A DNA stretch of 63,784 bases, counting the filler, from Choristocarpus tenellus KU-1152 (lineage: Eukaryota > Protista > Phaeophyceae): NCBI GenBank assembly GCA_964200185.2. It is 9 parts of 9 records of this genome, joined end to end, with 100 filler letters (N's around TTAATTAATTAA, not from the genome) between each part and the next. Parts side by side here need not be neighbours in the genome. Positions count along the whole stretch, not along the records: positions 23,387 to 29,419 come from CAXNAD020009115.1; positions 29,520 to 34,678 come from CAXNAD020011666.1; positions 34,779 to 38,744 come from CAXNAD020016884.1; positions 38,845 to 47,361 come from CAXNAD020004628.1; 5 more parts are not named here. One strand, 5' to 3'. The number at the start of each line of letters is the position of its first letter. Position 1 is the stretch's first letter. Made by a program: the position numbers and the translations under genes. Positions 25,641 through 39,512 of this stretch are shown here, piece after piece. The notes under the pieces are model-generated. The model made no database searches and was not told the DNA's origin. It saw nothing but the letters and a program-made list of their open reading frames with translations.

Positions 25641-25896
25641 GAGTGAAAGTATCTTAGAGGGCATGAGTTTTGCCCTGTTTGTCTGATTGGGGCTTGGCTT
25701 CCCATGGGTTTTTTATGGCATTTTTCTACTCCAATGTTTCAGAGTAGGTATAATGTATACCTTACGAAAAGGTATGTCCAAAACAAAAATATTGACACTT
25801 CCTAACAAACACAATAACCAAAATTACATCAAAATCGCAACATTGGATTTTGGCCCCCAAACGGACGCGGCTCTACCCTCTACGATACTTTGACTC
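25641..25896 (-). mobile_element. MITE family A (Sola-like)
   Basis: GAGTGAAAGTATCTTAGAGGG ... CCCTCTACGATACTTTGACTC with a perfect 4-bp TSD AGCA/AGCA. Confidence 0.9.
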
Positions 25897-26676
25897 AGCA
25901 CCACAACTGTTTAGATTCTGCATCATGAAATCAAGCAGAAAATCAATTTGAAACTTTCAACGTAACTACACAAACACCAAGAAATTCATCTTGAGCAATG
26001 TACTCAATACCCTTCATTGGAGCGCCCTTGGAAATTTCTACTGTACATAGTCACCAACGATCTGTCTGAGTAGCTATATACTTGTAGCTTGGGTACACAT
26101 TCAGCAAATCACAGATCCTACTTCAGGAGTGAGGATGATAACATCCAAGACGAAAAAATCCTAATCTGCACCAGTTAATGCTGAAGCAAGTAATCTTGAA
26201 TCTCCTCTCGATCTACCCATGAAAGGAGGTGCATATTTTACTTCACCTTTTCAAAACTGAACACATCAATCAATGAATTTGAGTGGTTATAGCGTTGATA
26301 ATAAAAATAACAAGATTGATGGACCACGAAAGGAAATTCCTGAAATAAATAGGCATGCAGTGATACAGGTAAAATAAAAAGTCATTCATACAATCACTTT
26401 AAAACTTCCATATCTCATCGCACGAGTGAAACTGATACGAGGAAGTGCCAGTCTCCAATTTACATTATCTCCCCTTATTGTTCGGTTATCATTCGGTGAG
26501 ACGCACAAGACAAACGACAAAATATTATTCTTCATCACACAAAACATCGCCTCAAGACTGCACAACACACCATTTTAGTGCCCGTAGAGAGGGACTTGAT
26601 TTTCAAAGTATTCATATTGTTACGATATCCCAGGTAACGAACATTGCAAATTGTTATGTGCTATCACCCAAGGCTC

Positions 26677-26849
26677 AGACCCAAAGCATCAGGTGGGGGT
26701 CTACACCAGGATGAAAATTCGGGTCAAAATCAGGTAAAGTACATTTACATTATCCACCTGACATATGCAACCAAATCACCAAAAAATTGCGACATGGAAA
26801 ATTCTACCCCAAATGGACAGCTACCACCCTCCCCCGATACTTTGAACCT
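26677..26849. mobile_element. MITE family B copy
   Basis: Reverse orientation of the 10399 copy; right end AAATGGACAGCTACCACCCTCCCCCGATACTTTGAACC. Confidence 0.7.
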
Positions 26850-27519
26850 CAAACTATATATCCTTTATCTTCTCTTTATAGTCCTAATACATAGTTGAAA
26901 AAAAAGTTCATGAGCAAATCAGGGGCCAATAGTGCATACATATTTAATGTTATAAGATGTATCTTACAGGATACTCGGGGAGAACTCTAAAGTCATAGGC
27001 ATTTTCATTCTGGACAAGGACAACTCAGAGTTTTGGTGTAATGGGGTGGTCTGGATATATATTCTAGGACATTCTTTAAGACTTTATCTTCCTTATTCAA
27101 CATGGCGGTTGATGGTGTCAAGAATAGCTTGTCACAGATCCCCCTGACCCTCCTGAAAGTAGGCAAGACATTCCCAACGAGGCGATTTATACCTTAACAA
27201 AAACATATTCTACACTCTCAAACTACCATCTCAAATTCTGCTTCAAAACCAAATCAGAGACTTGCAACAAGAGTGACTCACACCCAGACAACCTCAAGCA
27301 GGCAGTATTGTGTCAGAGGGCTGCCCTAGTGGCAGTCTTAGTCTAAATATCAACACCGGCTTCCATTCTTAGGACTATTCGAGGAGGTGATACCTCCTAA
27401 TCTTCCAAAGTAAGATCAGCTCTATCCAGGCTGATCCAAACCATGCTAAGCCTCAGTTCATAACGAGACAAACACGATCCTCGATTTTTACTACATTGCA
27501 CTTGTGTATTTTACAATTT

Positions 27520-28251
27520 TCAAGTGCCTTGATCATGAAAGTAGTCAGGCCTCAAGATTTCCTCCAGCCCATGTCTATCACGCAAAAGGCAAGTCTGCAC
27601 AGTCTTTCTCGCCACCTTCTGACAGTCCTTGCACTTCTTCTCCACCCGTTCACCCATCACCTCCACACCCCCACCCTCTAACATTTTGATCACCTCGAAA
27701 TTGTTGTCAGCGAGGTCCACAAGGGATCTTAGCTTGTAACCCTTGGTCTGGTACATCAGGTCGGAATCGTAAGTATTCTGGAGCCACTCGAAGGTGGCAT
27801 GGCTTGGATTGCAGGTCTTGAGACCGTTGACGATGCAGTACATGCACCGATCATTACCAGTGATAAATGATTCTTGAGGTGGTGCCGGTGGTGCCGGTGG
27901 TGCCGGTGGTGTTGGTGATGTTTGCGCTTCCGTGGTGACTGGCAGAGTCGGTACGATGCCTTGCTTCCCATTGTTGGTGATGGAACTAACTTCATTCCCA
28001 GAAATTTCTTCCCCCGAGGTGCTGTCAACACCTGATGGACCCTTGGTACGAGGCCTCTTTTTCCATCCCATCATCATCTCCGCCATATCGAGGGATGTAG
28101 ACTGTTCGAACTTGTTCTTCGCGAGCGCCTTCAGCGTAGACTTGATCAAATTGGCCAGGTCCTCAGGTACTGGGGTATTGAGGTCCTCTAACAAATCGAA
28201 TATAAGTGAGCTTTCCCTACGCAGGATGGTAATGTCGTGTTCCTCGGACAT
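27520..28251 (-). CDS. Intronless 243-aa hypothetical protein with two CxxC clusters, probably TE- or virus-derived
   Basis: Open ATG-initiated ORF with coding-like codon usage; helical N-terminus, basic KKRPR motif, (PAP)3 linker, 'CMYC...C...H' and 'CKDC...C'. Confidence 0.55.
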   Translation of the reverse strand: MSEEHDITILRRESSLIFDLLEDLNTPVPEDLANLIKSTLKALAKNKFEQSTSLDMAEMMMGWKKRPRTKGPSGVDSTSGEEISGNEVSSITNNGKQGIVPTLPVTTEAQTSPTPPAPPAPPAPPQESFITGNDRCMYCIVNGLKTCNPSHATFEWLQNTYDSDLMYQTKGYKLRSLVDLADNNFEVIKMLEGGGVEVMGERVEKKCKDCQKVARKTVQTCLLRDRHGLEEILRPDYFHDQGT

Positions 28252-29296
28252 GTTCTGAAGGGAGGAGAAAATGGGAGGTCAATAGGAGAGCACAGATTGA
28301 TGGAGAGGGGAGAGAGACTTCCCAGAGAAAGGCTGACTGCTGTGGTTGGGACTTTTCTGTATGCAAAAGAGAAATATATCTTGAAAGGAAGTGGATAATC
28401 AGTCACATGCTATTGATATATGGAGGGGAGGCCTGTGTTCCTTTCATTATCTTCCACGCCGTAGTAGAGCTCAATGTCCAAGCAGATCAAAATCGTGATT
28501 GTCGAATACTACGACAACAATCGGAATCGGAAGACGCTAAGCGAGTCACACATGGCGATTGGGTTCAACTGAGATGATGGTGATCTCGAATAGGGGATAT
28601 CTCTTCGAGAATAATTAAGAATTCGAACGACAAATATTCTTAATGTTTCTTACCTTCTTAGTTGGTATCCCTCCTTCTTGACACGAGCTAGCTAGATTTC
28701 CCTTCTCCTCCATGACCACGTTCATCATCCCTCCACACATTGCTGACTACAGGTCGGTGATTTTCAAGAAGACCCCAAAAAGAGAAAATAATCGACATGA
28801 GAAACCCTCACATTTGTCAGGGTCTGAAATTATTTCGATGGTAGTTGATTGATTGATTGGGTATTGCTTTCAAATCTAGATACGTCAAATTATTTTACCG
28901 ACTAAGTTTGAAAAAATGAAATGTCTTTCACACTTACATCAACTATTCTGTTTTCAAAGTGATATTTGATTCACTTTTTATTGTTTTTCACCTCACATAT
29001 GTGTAAAATGTAAAAGGCATCAAAATAAAAAGAAGGGAAGGATGTATGTAATTGTCTCCCCTTACATTTTGAAAATGTGTTGGGAATAGGGTAAGCATTT
29101 TTTTTTCGGAAAAATATAAAAAACATAGTCCAACTGCATTATTATTGGGATTCCTTACTATTGACACTCTCAGTCAGTTCTAGAGGAAAATTGGAGCAAC
29201 AAAGAAGCCTGAAGTAATAGGCTCGGCAAACCAAACCACATCCTCAATTATTTCATCGTTAACTAAAATCTAAACTCACTCACATCAAAATTTCAA

Positions 29297-29419
29297 TGGA
29301 TCTGGTGATCTCGGACAAGCTGCTGCTCCTACAGTTCCTGAGTGCTCTCGGATCAGATTACGATACCGAAATACGCATGATGGCCTCGCAGAAAACACTA
29401 TGTCGAGCAGACGTAGAGA
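29297..29419 (+). mobile_element. Possible Ty1/copia gag fragment at the contig end
   Basis: 'MDLVISDKLLLLQFLSALGSDYDTEIRMM' resembles the copia gag (UBN2-type) 'L..L...Y' helix; short and truncated by the linker. Confidence 0.35.
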
Positions 29420-29588
29420 NNNNNNNNNNNNNNNNNNNNNNNNNNNNNNNNNNNNNNNNNNNNTTAATTAATTAANNNNNNNNNNNNNNNNNNNNNNNNN
29501 NNNNNNNNNNNNNNNNNNNCACACCACACAACCCAAAAAAACACAACAAAAAAACAGGCGGGCGGCTCGCCGGGACGAACGCGGAAGG

Positions 29589-29649
<61 letters not shown>

Positions 29650-29909
29650 GGCTTAACATAGAGATGTCCAGCGCAAACAAACAACAACTCAGGTTAGGGT
29701 TAGGCTTAAGATGCCAGCAAACAGAGTACAACAACACTGCCCTCTGCTATGTCATGCAAGCAACACTTCTCCGCCCACCCAGAGCACTGAATTCAAAAAG
29801 GCACTTATTTACACAGACTTCTTCCCTATCTCCCATTCCCTCCAAAAAAACCCTGGCCCCCCCCCCCCCCTCATCACCTCCGCGACTACAATCCCCTCCT
29901 CTAACCCAC

Positions 29910-32441
29910 CTCGTGTCGATAGTGTCAAACTCAGCAAGGTTCACAAGCTTACACAGCAGCAAACCATCCGAGCATTCCGAGAACAATGCTTCCGAAAGAG
30001 GGTCCATTGGCAGTTTGCTTGCCACAATCTGGTCCCTCCCCCGCCCCAGCCCCAGTTGAAACACCCCCAGTTCACAACAAACATCAGTCAGCGCACAATA
30101 CACCAACAGCATTGGAGCATCATTGGAGCACGCATACCCCCAAGTACAAGAACCAAGGGGGAGAATATAACAATGAGTAGATTCGTCATGAGGAGGGGCT
30201 ATGGAGGAATGAAAACACATTACCTACTGGGCTGTTTCTCGTTGCTTGGGAACATTGGCTCTAAGCACGTCGGTGCATGTACGCTGAAAATTTTCCAACA
30301 AAAGAACAAAACGGATGTTTTCACTCCAATTCAACAAAAAAAAAAAATCTTGGTAACGGAAAAAAATAAATAAATAAACTTAAAAACTTTTAAAACTTTT
30401 AAAACTTTAAAACGTCAGCGATGGCTCCATCCACTACACAAAAATTACCTTCAAAAAAACAACACATCGTTACAACTAATGACATAAAAGCGAAACAAAT
30501 AATATTGCAGGTACAGGTACGTAAAAGAAATTGCCATGCAAAAGCCAACAACCTAAAATTACAGTTTTCAGATCAGTCTATAACAAGCAAAACTAAAGTA
30601 GGCAAAAAAAGGACCTCACGGTGACCTCCCCCAACCCCCCCGCCGCAGTCTCTATTGCACTGAATTCCTGTAGAATATCAAAATGCACGGAAGGCAAAAA
30701 AGTACCTTGTCTGCGATGAGGCAATTATTGATGTGCTCTGTGAAGGCCATCCTCTCATCGTCTGAGTACGAGTGGTATGCCATCCCTCCAGAGAACTGTG
30801 CAAGGGAGAAATAGAAGGATATTCTTACGTCAAGGGAAAACGCCTCCCAAAACAACTCGAGCAACACACATGTTAGTTGCTTTGTGTGCACTCCTGGTTG
30901 AAGGGTGGTCATGAGAGGGGGGGAGGGGGTAAGGGTTCGTTGCCTTCATTTCCCAATAAATGGCAGTCAAAAAACAAAACATCAACAAAAGTTCTATTCA
31001 TACATCCACTGACCATATTACACAACAAAATCAACTGTGCAAAAATCAACTTTTACAATCTCCCCTCTCAAGTCCACCCATCCACCCATCCATCTCTGCA
31101 GACTCCTCCTCGCCACCCCGAGGTTTACAAGAAAAAATTGAACCTTCATGTGTGTGCTTTTTTGCCTGCAAACCCTTCTTACACTAAATCGCATTGTATA
31201 TCAGTCACTATTCAAGCTCAAGCTATCAAGGGTAGAACATGAACTCCTCTCCTACCCACCCCCTCACCAAACATCCACAGTATCCCCCACTTCCACTGCA
31301 CCTGCGCTGGAGCCTTGTTGATCTTTGGCACAAACAAGTTTGAGTTGCTCAGGTCCTTTTTTAACTTGTAGGCTAACTCCACCATCTCCGAAAAACACAC
31401 CTTACCATCACCGTCAGAATCTGCTGCATTCATCGACGTCTGAAAAGAGGGATGTAGTGACCACCATGACAACAGGTGGGAGTGAATTGCATCAATAGGA
31501 GGGAAGATGCAAAACTACAAAATCTCTTGACACTATAAGAACAAAAAGACATTAGTGACCAATGGGGCTTCATTGTGATGCATAGTCTAGACTCGTGACC
31601 CCTCCGCAGACCAACAGTGTAACACCATGACTTGCACGCTCTGCTTCCATTAAAAAAATCGTGGGGATAATTTAGATCTATTCTTCGGCTGCAGCAAAAG
31701 CTTTTGCATGCAGAAAAAACAAGTAAATGCCATATCAGAAAAACCTTGCCTTGACGATGTGACTTGTTCCCCTCTTCGACAGTCCACATTTTGTCACTCA
31801 CCAATGACTACCCAAGATTGCTATTACTTGAACGAGATTTCAAAATAATGTTGCAATTTGCTGATTGGGGTGAGGTGTAAGCATGGGTTTGCAGCCACAA
31901 GCAGCAATTATATCAATGAAAACTAAAAGGAAATCAAGTGAGCACCTGTAGCTGTGATTCAGACACTGTCTCGCCCAAGCCTTCCAGCACATTCCGTAGC
32001 TCGTTCTTAGATATCTGGCCATCCTTGTCGACGTCGAATTGCGCAAAATGTTGACGCAGCTGGGCCTAGTGGCGTATTGTGTGTCCAATAACACATTCGG
32101 TGAGAGTTGCTGTGGAAACGTCTCGGGGATATTGTCCTTGGCATGCCATCAACATCAAAATAGTGCGCTTTATTTTCACAGTTTTCTTCAACTTTGGCCA
32201 TATGGGGTTGAGAGCAGAGGAAGCACTAAAGGGCATATCGAGTATTCCACTGCGATTCCTTTCCCGTCGAAGGAACCCCGTCAACAATGCAATACCTCGT
32301 CCACAATAGCATGTCCAACCGAAGCATACCCACGCCACCTCGATAAATAGAAATCATTATTCCCACCTTTTCTTGTTGGCTGAACTCTTTTTCGAAGGAG
32401 CGGGGGAAGTCATAGGCACCGTGCTCATGGAAGGACGTCAT
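29910..32441 (-). CDS. FIM1: Fimbrin/plastin (two EF-hands plus start of CH1); 3' partial
   Basis: Exons 32441-32367, 32065-31946, 31439-31302, 30795-30706, 30028-29910. EF loops DVDKDGQISKNE and DSDGDGKVCFSE, then 'HSYSDDERMAFTEHINNCL' and 'LPMDP...LFSECSDGLLLCKLVNLAEFDTIDTR'. Confidence 0.92.
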
Positions 32442-32866
32442 CGTCCTCTGTTGTCCCCTCAATTGTCAAGTAGAGAGGTCTCGGTCCTTGGAAGAATTCA
32501 GCTAAAAACTACTTCTGACACTCCTGCGACAAAATAAAAACAGATCAGAGGTGCACCTTCAGGTACTACAACAGGGGCTGTGTCTCCTCTCCGTGTTGCA
32601 CAACCTTGTGAAGTATTGTGGACTTGGTGAACTACGTTTTGGCTGTAGAAGGTAACAGGGAACTCAAGGTGCTTACTTGTTTCCTGGTTTTCTGCGCGCG
32701 CCAGAAATTTGACCAATGTGATATTGTGTCATAACTTACTGTATTTACACAAGTGTGAGGGAAAACCAAATTATTGGGGTGGATATTATACATTTTACAG
32801 ATGTGTGAGGGAACTGTCTAAATATACTATAAAAACGATAAGGTAAGTTATATACACATATGTATA

Positions 32867-33113
32867 TAGTTTTCATTGGTTTTCCCCTGACACATCTGCA
32901 AAATGTCAGAGGGCATAATAATATAATAAGATAAGTTTGTCCGTATTTATACCGATCACATATATTTTATTTTTACTTTATATATTTTATATCAATGTTG
33001 TAAAATATTCAAATGTACATACCGTTTATTGACACATTAATTTACAGTATTTATATTATTATGCCCCCTAACATTTTTGTAGATATGTTAGGTGGAAAAA
33101 CTATGAGAAACTA
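32867..33113. mobile_element. Foldback/MITE-like element with about 65-bp imperfect TIRs
   Basis: TAGTTTTCATTGGTTTTCCCCTGACACATCTGCAAAATGTCAGAGGGCATAATAATATAA is mirrored at about 33048-33113; the core is AT-rich. Confidence 0.65.
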
Positions 33114-33369
33114 ATTAAATATCATAAAAAAAATATACAGTATCTATAGACATGGCATCTAGAATCTACTACTGTGATACAAATATTAAGTAGTTCTGTC
33201 AACTACATATTTAGAAGTAAGCAAACTAAGAGTAAAATGGAATTTTTTTTAAGACAAAAACAAAAAAAAGGATCGCTTAATGGAGTCGGGACAAAGGAAC
33301 AACATACAAAAATACGTCCTTGGTGCAAAGGCATACAGGGTTGGGGGAACAACTGTACTTAGACCCTAA

Positions 33370-34620
33370 TCTCCCTGTGGGCGGCCTTCATGAGAGTTAA
33401 CAGCAACTCCGCCACGCCCGATGGGATATCCCCCACCCATATATGATCGCCCATCATGACAGATGTTGGATATGAAGAAGTAGCGGAGCCGTTTGCTAAG
33501 GTTTGGGAGTTAGCCTACACCTCCCGGACTCTTTACCTCCGGAGTTTTGGAAGCTCAACACCACCTCCAGACTGTCTGCAATTGGAAAGAAGTGCTTCCC
33601 ACTCACCTGTGACTCTTCTTCTAAAGGGCATGTGCTTCACCCTTCTGTGCAGACTGGCCCCCCGCACTGCCCTTACTTGGAGGAGCATTTGGGCGGAATG
33701 GGCCAGTTTGGCGTAGGGATCCCAATGGGGTGGAGTGTGCTTCATACTGGACATTCGCCTAAGGAATGAGTGTGGCGAATGGGTTATTAGTCTAGATTGA
33801 AGAAACACCTTCAACAGCATACGCCACTCAGCTCTCATCAAGGCTCTCTCTGAGGCCCTACCAGGACTCCTACCCTACGTATCAAAGGTGTATGGAGACA
33901 CCCGTAATCTTCTTTTCCCCCTGGATGAGGGAGGGATGAAGATAGTGCCATCAAGGTCAGGGTCACAACAAAGGGACCCCCTTGGCCCCCTCCTATATAG
34001 TATGGCAACCACCAAAGCCCTACGGCAGGTCCAGCCTATCGCAAGGATCTCTCCTCCCAAAGTTATCTGGATGACATATCCATTTCTACAAGGGAGATTA
34101 ACTGCACCACGATAGCTGCTTTTGAGCAGCTGGAAACTGATCTACACGAAGAAGGGATCACCCTCAACATGGACAAGACCTTTGCTGCACCTCTCCAGGG
34201 CCACCAGCCCACGCCATCAGAAGTAGAACTTGTGGCCACAGCAGGAATCGACCTGGCCTCGGACCCTAATCGTCTTGTTACACCAGGGACTCCAGTGGGA
34301 ACAGATTATTTCATCCAAGTCCATGTGGCTAAGGTGATCGCGAGCTCAGGGTCACGAATGCTAGTCATGCATCTGAGTGAGATGGAGGACAAACAAGTTG
34401 CCTGGCTCCTCAACCCATGATCCCTCTCTTCCCACTTAGGCTATTTGGTAAGGGTCACTCCCCCTACCTAGCATGCTCCACTAAAAAAAAGTAGACAACT
34501 CCTCACTATGGACGCTGGGGAGGATAGTGGAGGTAGAAGACTCAGCAGGAGTCACTGACTTCTTCGAAGGGGTGTGTGAGAATGGATCTCTTCGCCTGGA
34601 AACATACATACCAACTGTTA
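33370..34620 (+). mobile_element. Degenerate CRE-clade-like non-LTR retrotransposon, RT domain
   Basis: PDG, QFGVGIP.GVE, D.KNTFNSIRH, 'SRSGSQQRDPLGPLLYS' (canonical GVQQGDPLGPLLF), YLDD at 34064-34075, GTPVGTDYF; multiple frameshifts. Confidence 0.85.
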
Positions 34621-37600
34621 CAGGCGAATAGAGCGAGTATTTCTTCTTATATTTCAACGAAGTGCAAACGTTTGTTACNNNNNNNNNNNNNNNNNNNNNN
34701 NNNNNNNNNNNNNNNNNNNNNNTTAATTAATTAANNNNNNNNNNNNNNNNNNNNNNNNNNNNNNNNNNNNNNNNNNNNAAGGCTATGCCTTTCTGGAGCT
34801 GTCACCTATCCCTGCACACCTCCCCCAGCGCCCACCCACCCCCCCCCTCACGAGAACAATGACCCGCCAGAGTATGATCAATGACTGCAGTCTGAATGCA
34901 CATGATCTCATCCATTCCTCAGCACATTGTCTGGCTCACCACAAGTATGCTAAAACTTCCTCCTGTGCAATAAATATAACAATATACCCCCTTTGGTCGA
35001 TTGCGGGATTACAAACAGAGGTAGAGGAGTACCAAAACATGCGACCACTCCCAGGGCCCCCCTCCAGGGCTGTAGAAACCCTCCCTCTATGAAAATGGAA
35101 AAACACCTTGCCAAGAGACAAGGGGTATCTGACAGTGTCAGCACTCTCCCTAAATCTACTCCCCTTGAAGAATGCTTGCTTCCCCTTGAAGAGCTGTGGG
35201 TTGAAGAATTCTCTTGTGCAACATCCCTGACTGTAGTTCCCATATATCACCGCTTAGAGGGACCCCCAGTAGTTGGCTGGGTAATCACAAATACATCATA
35301 ACAAAATAAATAGTAGACCAAACAAGACCCCCCTGGTTCCATCAGATGAACCCATATTCATATGCCTGGCGGTTGGTAGTCATAGTGGGAGATAGTTCAA
35401 AGTGGCACATGCTTTGCCCAAAAAGGTTGGATGAACAACAACTAAAACGCCTGATCAATCCACGCAAGTAAACATGGAAACTTCGATGCACCCCACAGTA
35501 ACACCAAACATATATATATGAGGAATCCTCTTCTCCAGATCTCCACCATTCCACCCTAGCCATTGTCCTCAATCCCTTCACTGTGGATTCTCCCTCCAGA
35601 TGAGAACATAGCATTGATAGTGTTCCTCTCACACCCACTGTGAACCAGTCACATCACAAAAAACAAAGACCTTCCCACATGACAAGAGTAACCTAGCGGT
35701 GTTAATGCCAAGCATTCCCCTCCATACTACCACTTGACCCAGCATGCATCCTGCCTTGCCTGGAATTGATGCCGATCAACCATGCCTCAAGTACAACAAT
35801 CTTGACTCTGGATCCCGTAACATCACAGTGCTTTGAAGAAATACAAGCGCCTGGGGTACTTGGGGCATCTTAAGCCCACAGCAATCCAGAATCAACAGAC
35901 ACACTGTGGTTCCTGCCAATGAAGTCCCAACAAGCACCAGATACTGTGAAAGGTAGTCTGTCCAAGGCAGAGAGGTGTGGAGGCACAAATACCTGATGAA
36001 GAGGACTTGATGGCGTGCTTGTCGGCACTCTACCCATATAGCAACACCAATATCACAATATCACCTGATGAACCCCTTGCACAAGACCTTGAACATCGAC
36101 ACATCTCACTCACGGCCCCCGCCAGTCTCTCACCCCAAACTCTACCCTCTGAACAAGATTAATGCCTTCTCAGGTGTCAAAGTCCTCCTTGTGTGGAATG
36201 CAGCTGCCCAGCACCTGCCCAATTTGCTACCTTTCCTCCCACAGCCCAGGAGGAAAGGCTGATATGCCTCACAACAACATTCTCTAACATGTAGATGAGC
36301 CTCTCCCTTCACAAGTCAGGTGAAGAGGCTGATGTGCCCAACTCCCCAACACGCATACAGCGACGCTCCATCTCCAATCCTCAGGGCCACCCATACCCTC
36401 TCCAATTGAGAGATGAAACACATTCCCAGAAGATGAGGCTTGCCTATCATGATGGCATGAAGCTCAAGCACACTCCTCAGTGCCAGAGCTCTTCCCCCTC
36501 CTCCCACCAAACCTATATCGCCTCCCCCAGAAGAGCAGTGAGACAACTGCGGTCCCCAAGATATTGGGTCTCAAGGGTGGCAGTCTAGGTGATCTAAAAA
36601 CCAACAGCAACTAGTCAACCTCTATCCATGCAAGTTGACCACAGAATTGACTGATGCACCTCTTGGGGTTGGCCTTTGAGAACCGCTACCACAGCAGTCC
36701 CCCAGCCCCATCTTCCCTATCCTACCTCCAATGAGGTCCATACAAACAACAAAAATGTTTTCTGGGGATGTGAAGTGATTCCCATGGCACAAAAGGGCAG
36801 CCTGCAATCCTCTATTGAGCCTTCTTGTCTACCCTTGATAGGACTGGAGTTTGGGCTGACATGCCCCTTGACAATATTCATACAAACACACAAAGTGTAA
36901 CAGATGCTCGATTACCCACCAACAAGAACTTCCTTCTCCACCTTACCAAGAATTCCCCTCTTCAAAGAAGAGGAATCATCCCTCAGGTGACAACGATTAC
37001 CACGTCACGTGAAAGTCAACTTGAACCTCTCTCCTGATGCTGATGAAGACCGTTTCACAATTGATCCTCACGTTGACCACCATTGCCTTACCGCTGCCCC
37101 TAAGAAGCACCACATTGCTTAGGTTGGCATGGCCCATGAAGCTTTGAAAGCAAAGTCCTGTTGGAAGGCACATCTTATCTGGTCCCAGAAATTTCAATCC
37201 CGACACCTGCACCAGCAGATTGGCAGCCCTGGGTGCAGGTGCAGAGAAGTAAAAAAATTCCTCCGCTGACAAGGAGATTGATCGATCAGCAGCTAGCAGA
37301 CCCTCCATCCATGAATCAGGGGGGGAAGATGAGACTGAGCAATCTCATCTCCATCATAGGAAGCAGTACATAGCCCTCCTCTGGTCCCAATAGGTTCACC
37401 CGTACAAAATGTACCAGAAAACAGCCAATCATTGGGTAGGGCAGGGCCATGATGTGGTGGATCCTACAATTTCAGAAGCCAAGGATCAATAAAGTGCCCA
37501 AGTCCCTCACCCCTCTCCTCCACCTCCTCTGATACACCATCTCCTTCGATCTCCACCTCTCACCTTCAGCCCCTGCCTCCAGCTGTTCGCCCCAAGAAAA

Positions 37601-39512
37601 TGGTCCCCTTGCAAGATGGTAGCAGATGATGGCAAACTGCAGTGACTGGAGCCCAAAATATTTCCACTCCAATAATAGGTGCACCATCCACCAATATATA
37701 TGTTTTTTTGCCTCATTTTCCAACCCATTCACCGGTCAACTCCACACAGGACCTCTTCCCCACCAGTATATGTACTCGCCTTCCATGTACCGGAGCACAG
37801 ACTCATTCATACCCATGTATAGTACATACATACAACAGCACACTCACCCCCTTCCAGATGATCTTTCCCATTACATGTGCGAAAGTTGCCAGACCATGAG
37901 AAGCGGAAGGAAGAATGAAGAGGAGGAAACATGTCAACATCAAAACCTAAAAGGGCAAGCTATTTGGGAGAGGAGAAGGGTTTAAGAATTTACTGCATCC
38001 AGATCGGGTAGAAGTTGCTTTGTCAGTTGGTTCCTGACCCTGTGCCTTTCTTACACTCTCCTCCCCACACCCTGATCTGTTAGCCCTTCCAGTCCCCCAT
38101 GTCATTTCTCCTCTTGCTTTCACCCTAAAGCAACCTTCATACCAATACACAAATCAGGACATTTCCATGAACACCGTTGAAGAGTGTGTTATCCCACATT
38201 TGAACACCAAACAGTACAATCACCCACTCCCCCCTCCCTTTCATTTCATGTCCAGGGTAACAACCTCCTGAGGGAAGGTCCAAGGCTGAAAGGGGAACAT
38301 GGTGTCCTCCCTGGAGAAGGCAGTACTCTCCACCCTTTCTGCCCTTTCTTTTCCTTTCCACAACCACAGCAACAATCCCTACCCCTTCCCTCCCACCCCC
38401 CAAACTCGTACACAAAATCAAATACAGTACAATCGAGGTGGCAAGGCACCTCTAGAGGCTGCCTATTTTGCCGTCATCTTCCATGGCTCAAGAGGTTGAC
38501 TCCAAAGATTCCACCGCCTTTTGTAGAATGAAAATCTCCCAGTCAGCTACATTGGGCTGGGCCAAGACTGCAGGGCCCAACTCCACGTGTGCCCCTTCAC
38601 CTGCTAAGTCTATCATCGCCACTGCCGCGTGGTTCAAGTCAGGAACATCTCCTTCCGCCTCGGACCCACCTCCACCCCCAGCCATACCCCCACCCCCCAC
38701 ACCGCCCCCACCCCCCCCCCCCCACCACCCCCCCCCCCTCCCCCNNNNNNNNNNNNNNNNNNNNNNNNNNNNNNNNNNNNNNNNNNNNTTAATTAATTAA
38801 NNNNNNNNNNNNNNNNNNNNNNNNNNNNNNNNNNNNNNNNNNNNAATTTGCAGAGAGAAAAGAGAGATAGAGTCAGAAATAGGGGGTGGGGGGGGGGGTG
38901 GTGGGTGTGCATTTGAAAGTTGCGAGACAGAAACTCGGGGAGTGAAAATGATACTATCAATACATAGAATGCAATAGCGGTATTACGAATACAAGGGGGG
39001 GGGTACACTGAAATCCCATCTCCACGCAAAGAATGGTTTGCACAGGAAGAGACACGATTTCCGACATGAAGCACAAACATGGCACATTGTAAAAATGTGT
39101 TACTCAGTAGAATTCATCACCTTTCCAGAGTGGGCAGCAATGATCAAAGCATTTAAAAATACACCGTTTCTTTATCAGAACCAACAGAAGAGAAAATAGT
39201 GATACAAGACCAAATTGGTGCATACACTGAACAAGGTGAGTAGAAAACATCTCCCCAAGCTTCAATGCACTCAGTCGACAACGATTTATGCATGATGCGC
39301 CAAAAACAACGGGCCTGTTACACACTCAGGCCATGTCTTACCAAAAAAGAGTGCTCTGGACATCTGTCACCTACACGAAATGAGAAAAAACAGCCTTACT
39401 CTCACCATTTTCGGGCCTAGAAACGCTTGTCCCCAAAGTCCCAACATATATGATGTTTTAACACTCCACTTCATCTACCCCCATTGAACTTCTCTTCTAA
39501 AGGGCATACTTA

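Noticed and set aside
34779-38744. Coding-like fragments on contig 5 (possible retroelement 5' region at about 36200-37450; decayed frame at 38450-38680)
   Set aside because: No diagnostic motif, so no family can be assigned.
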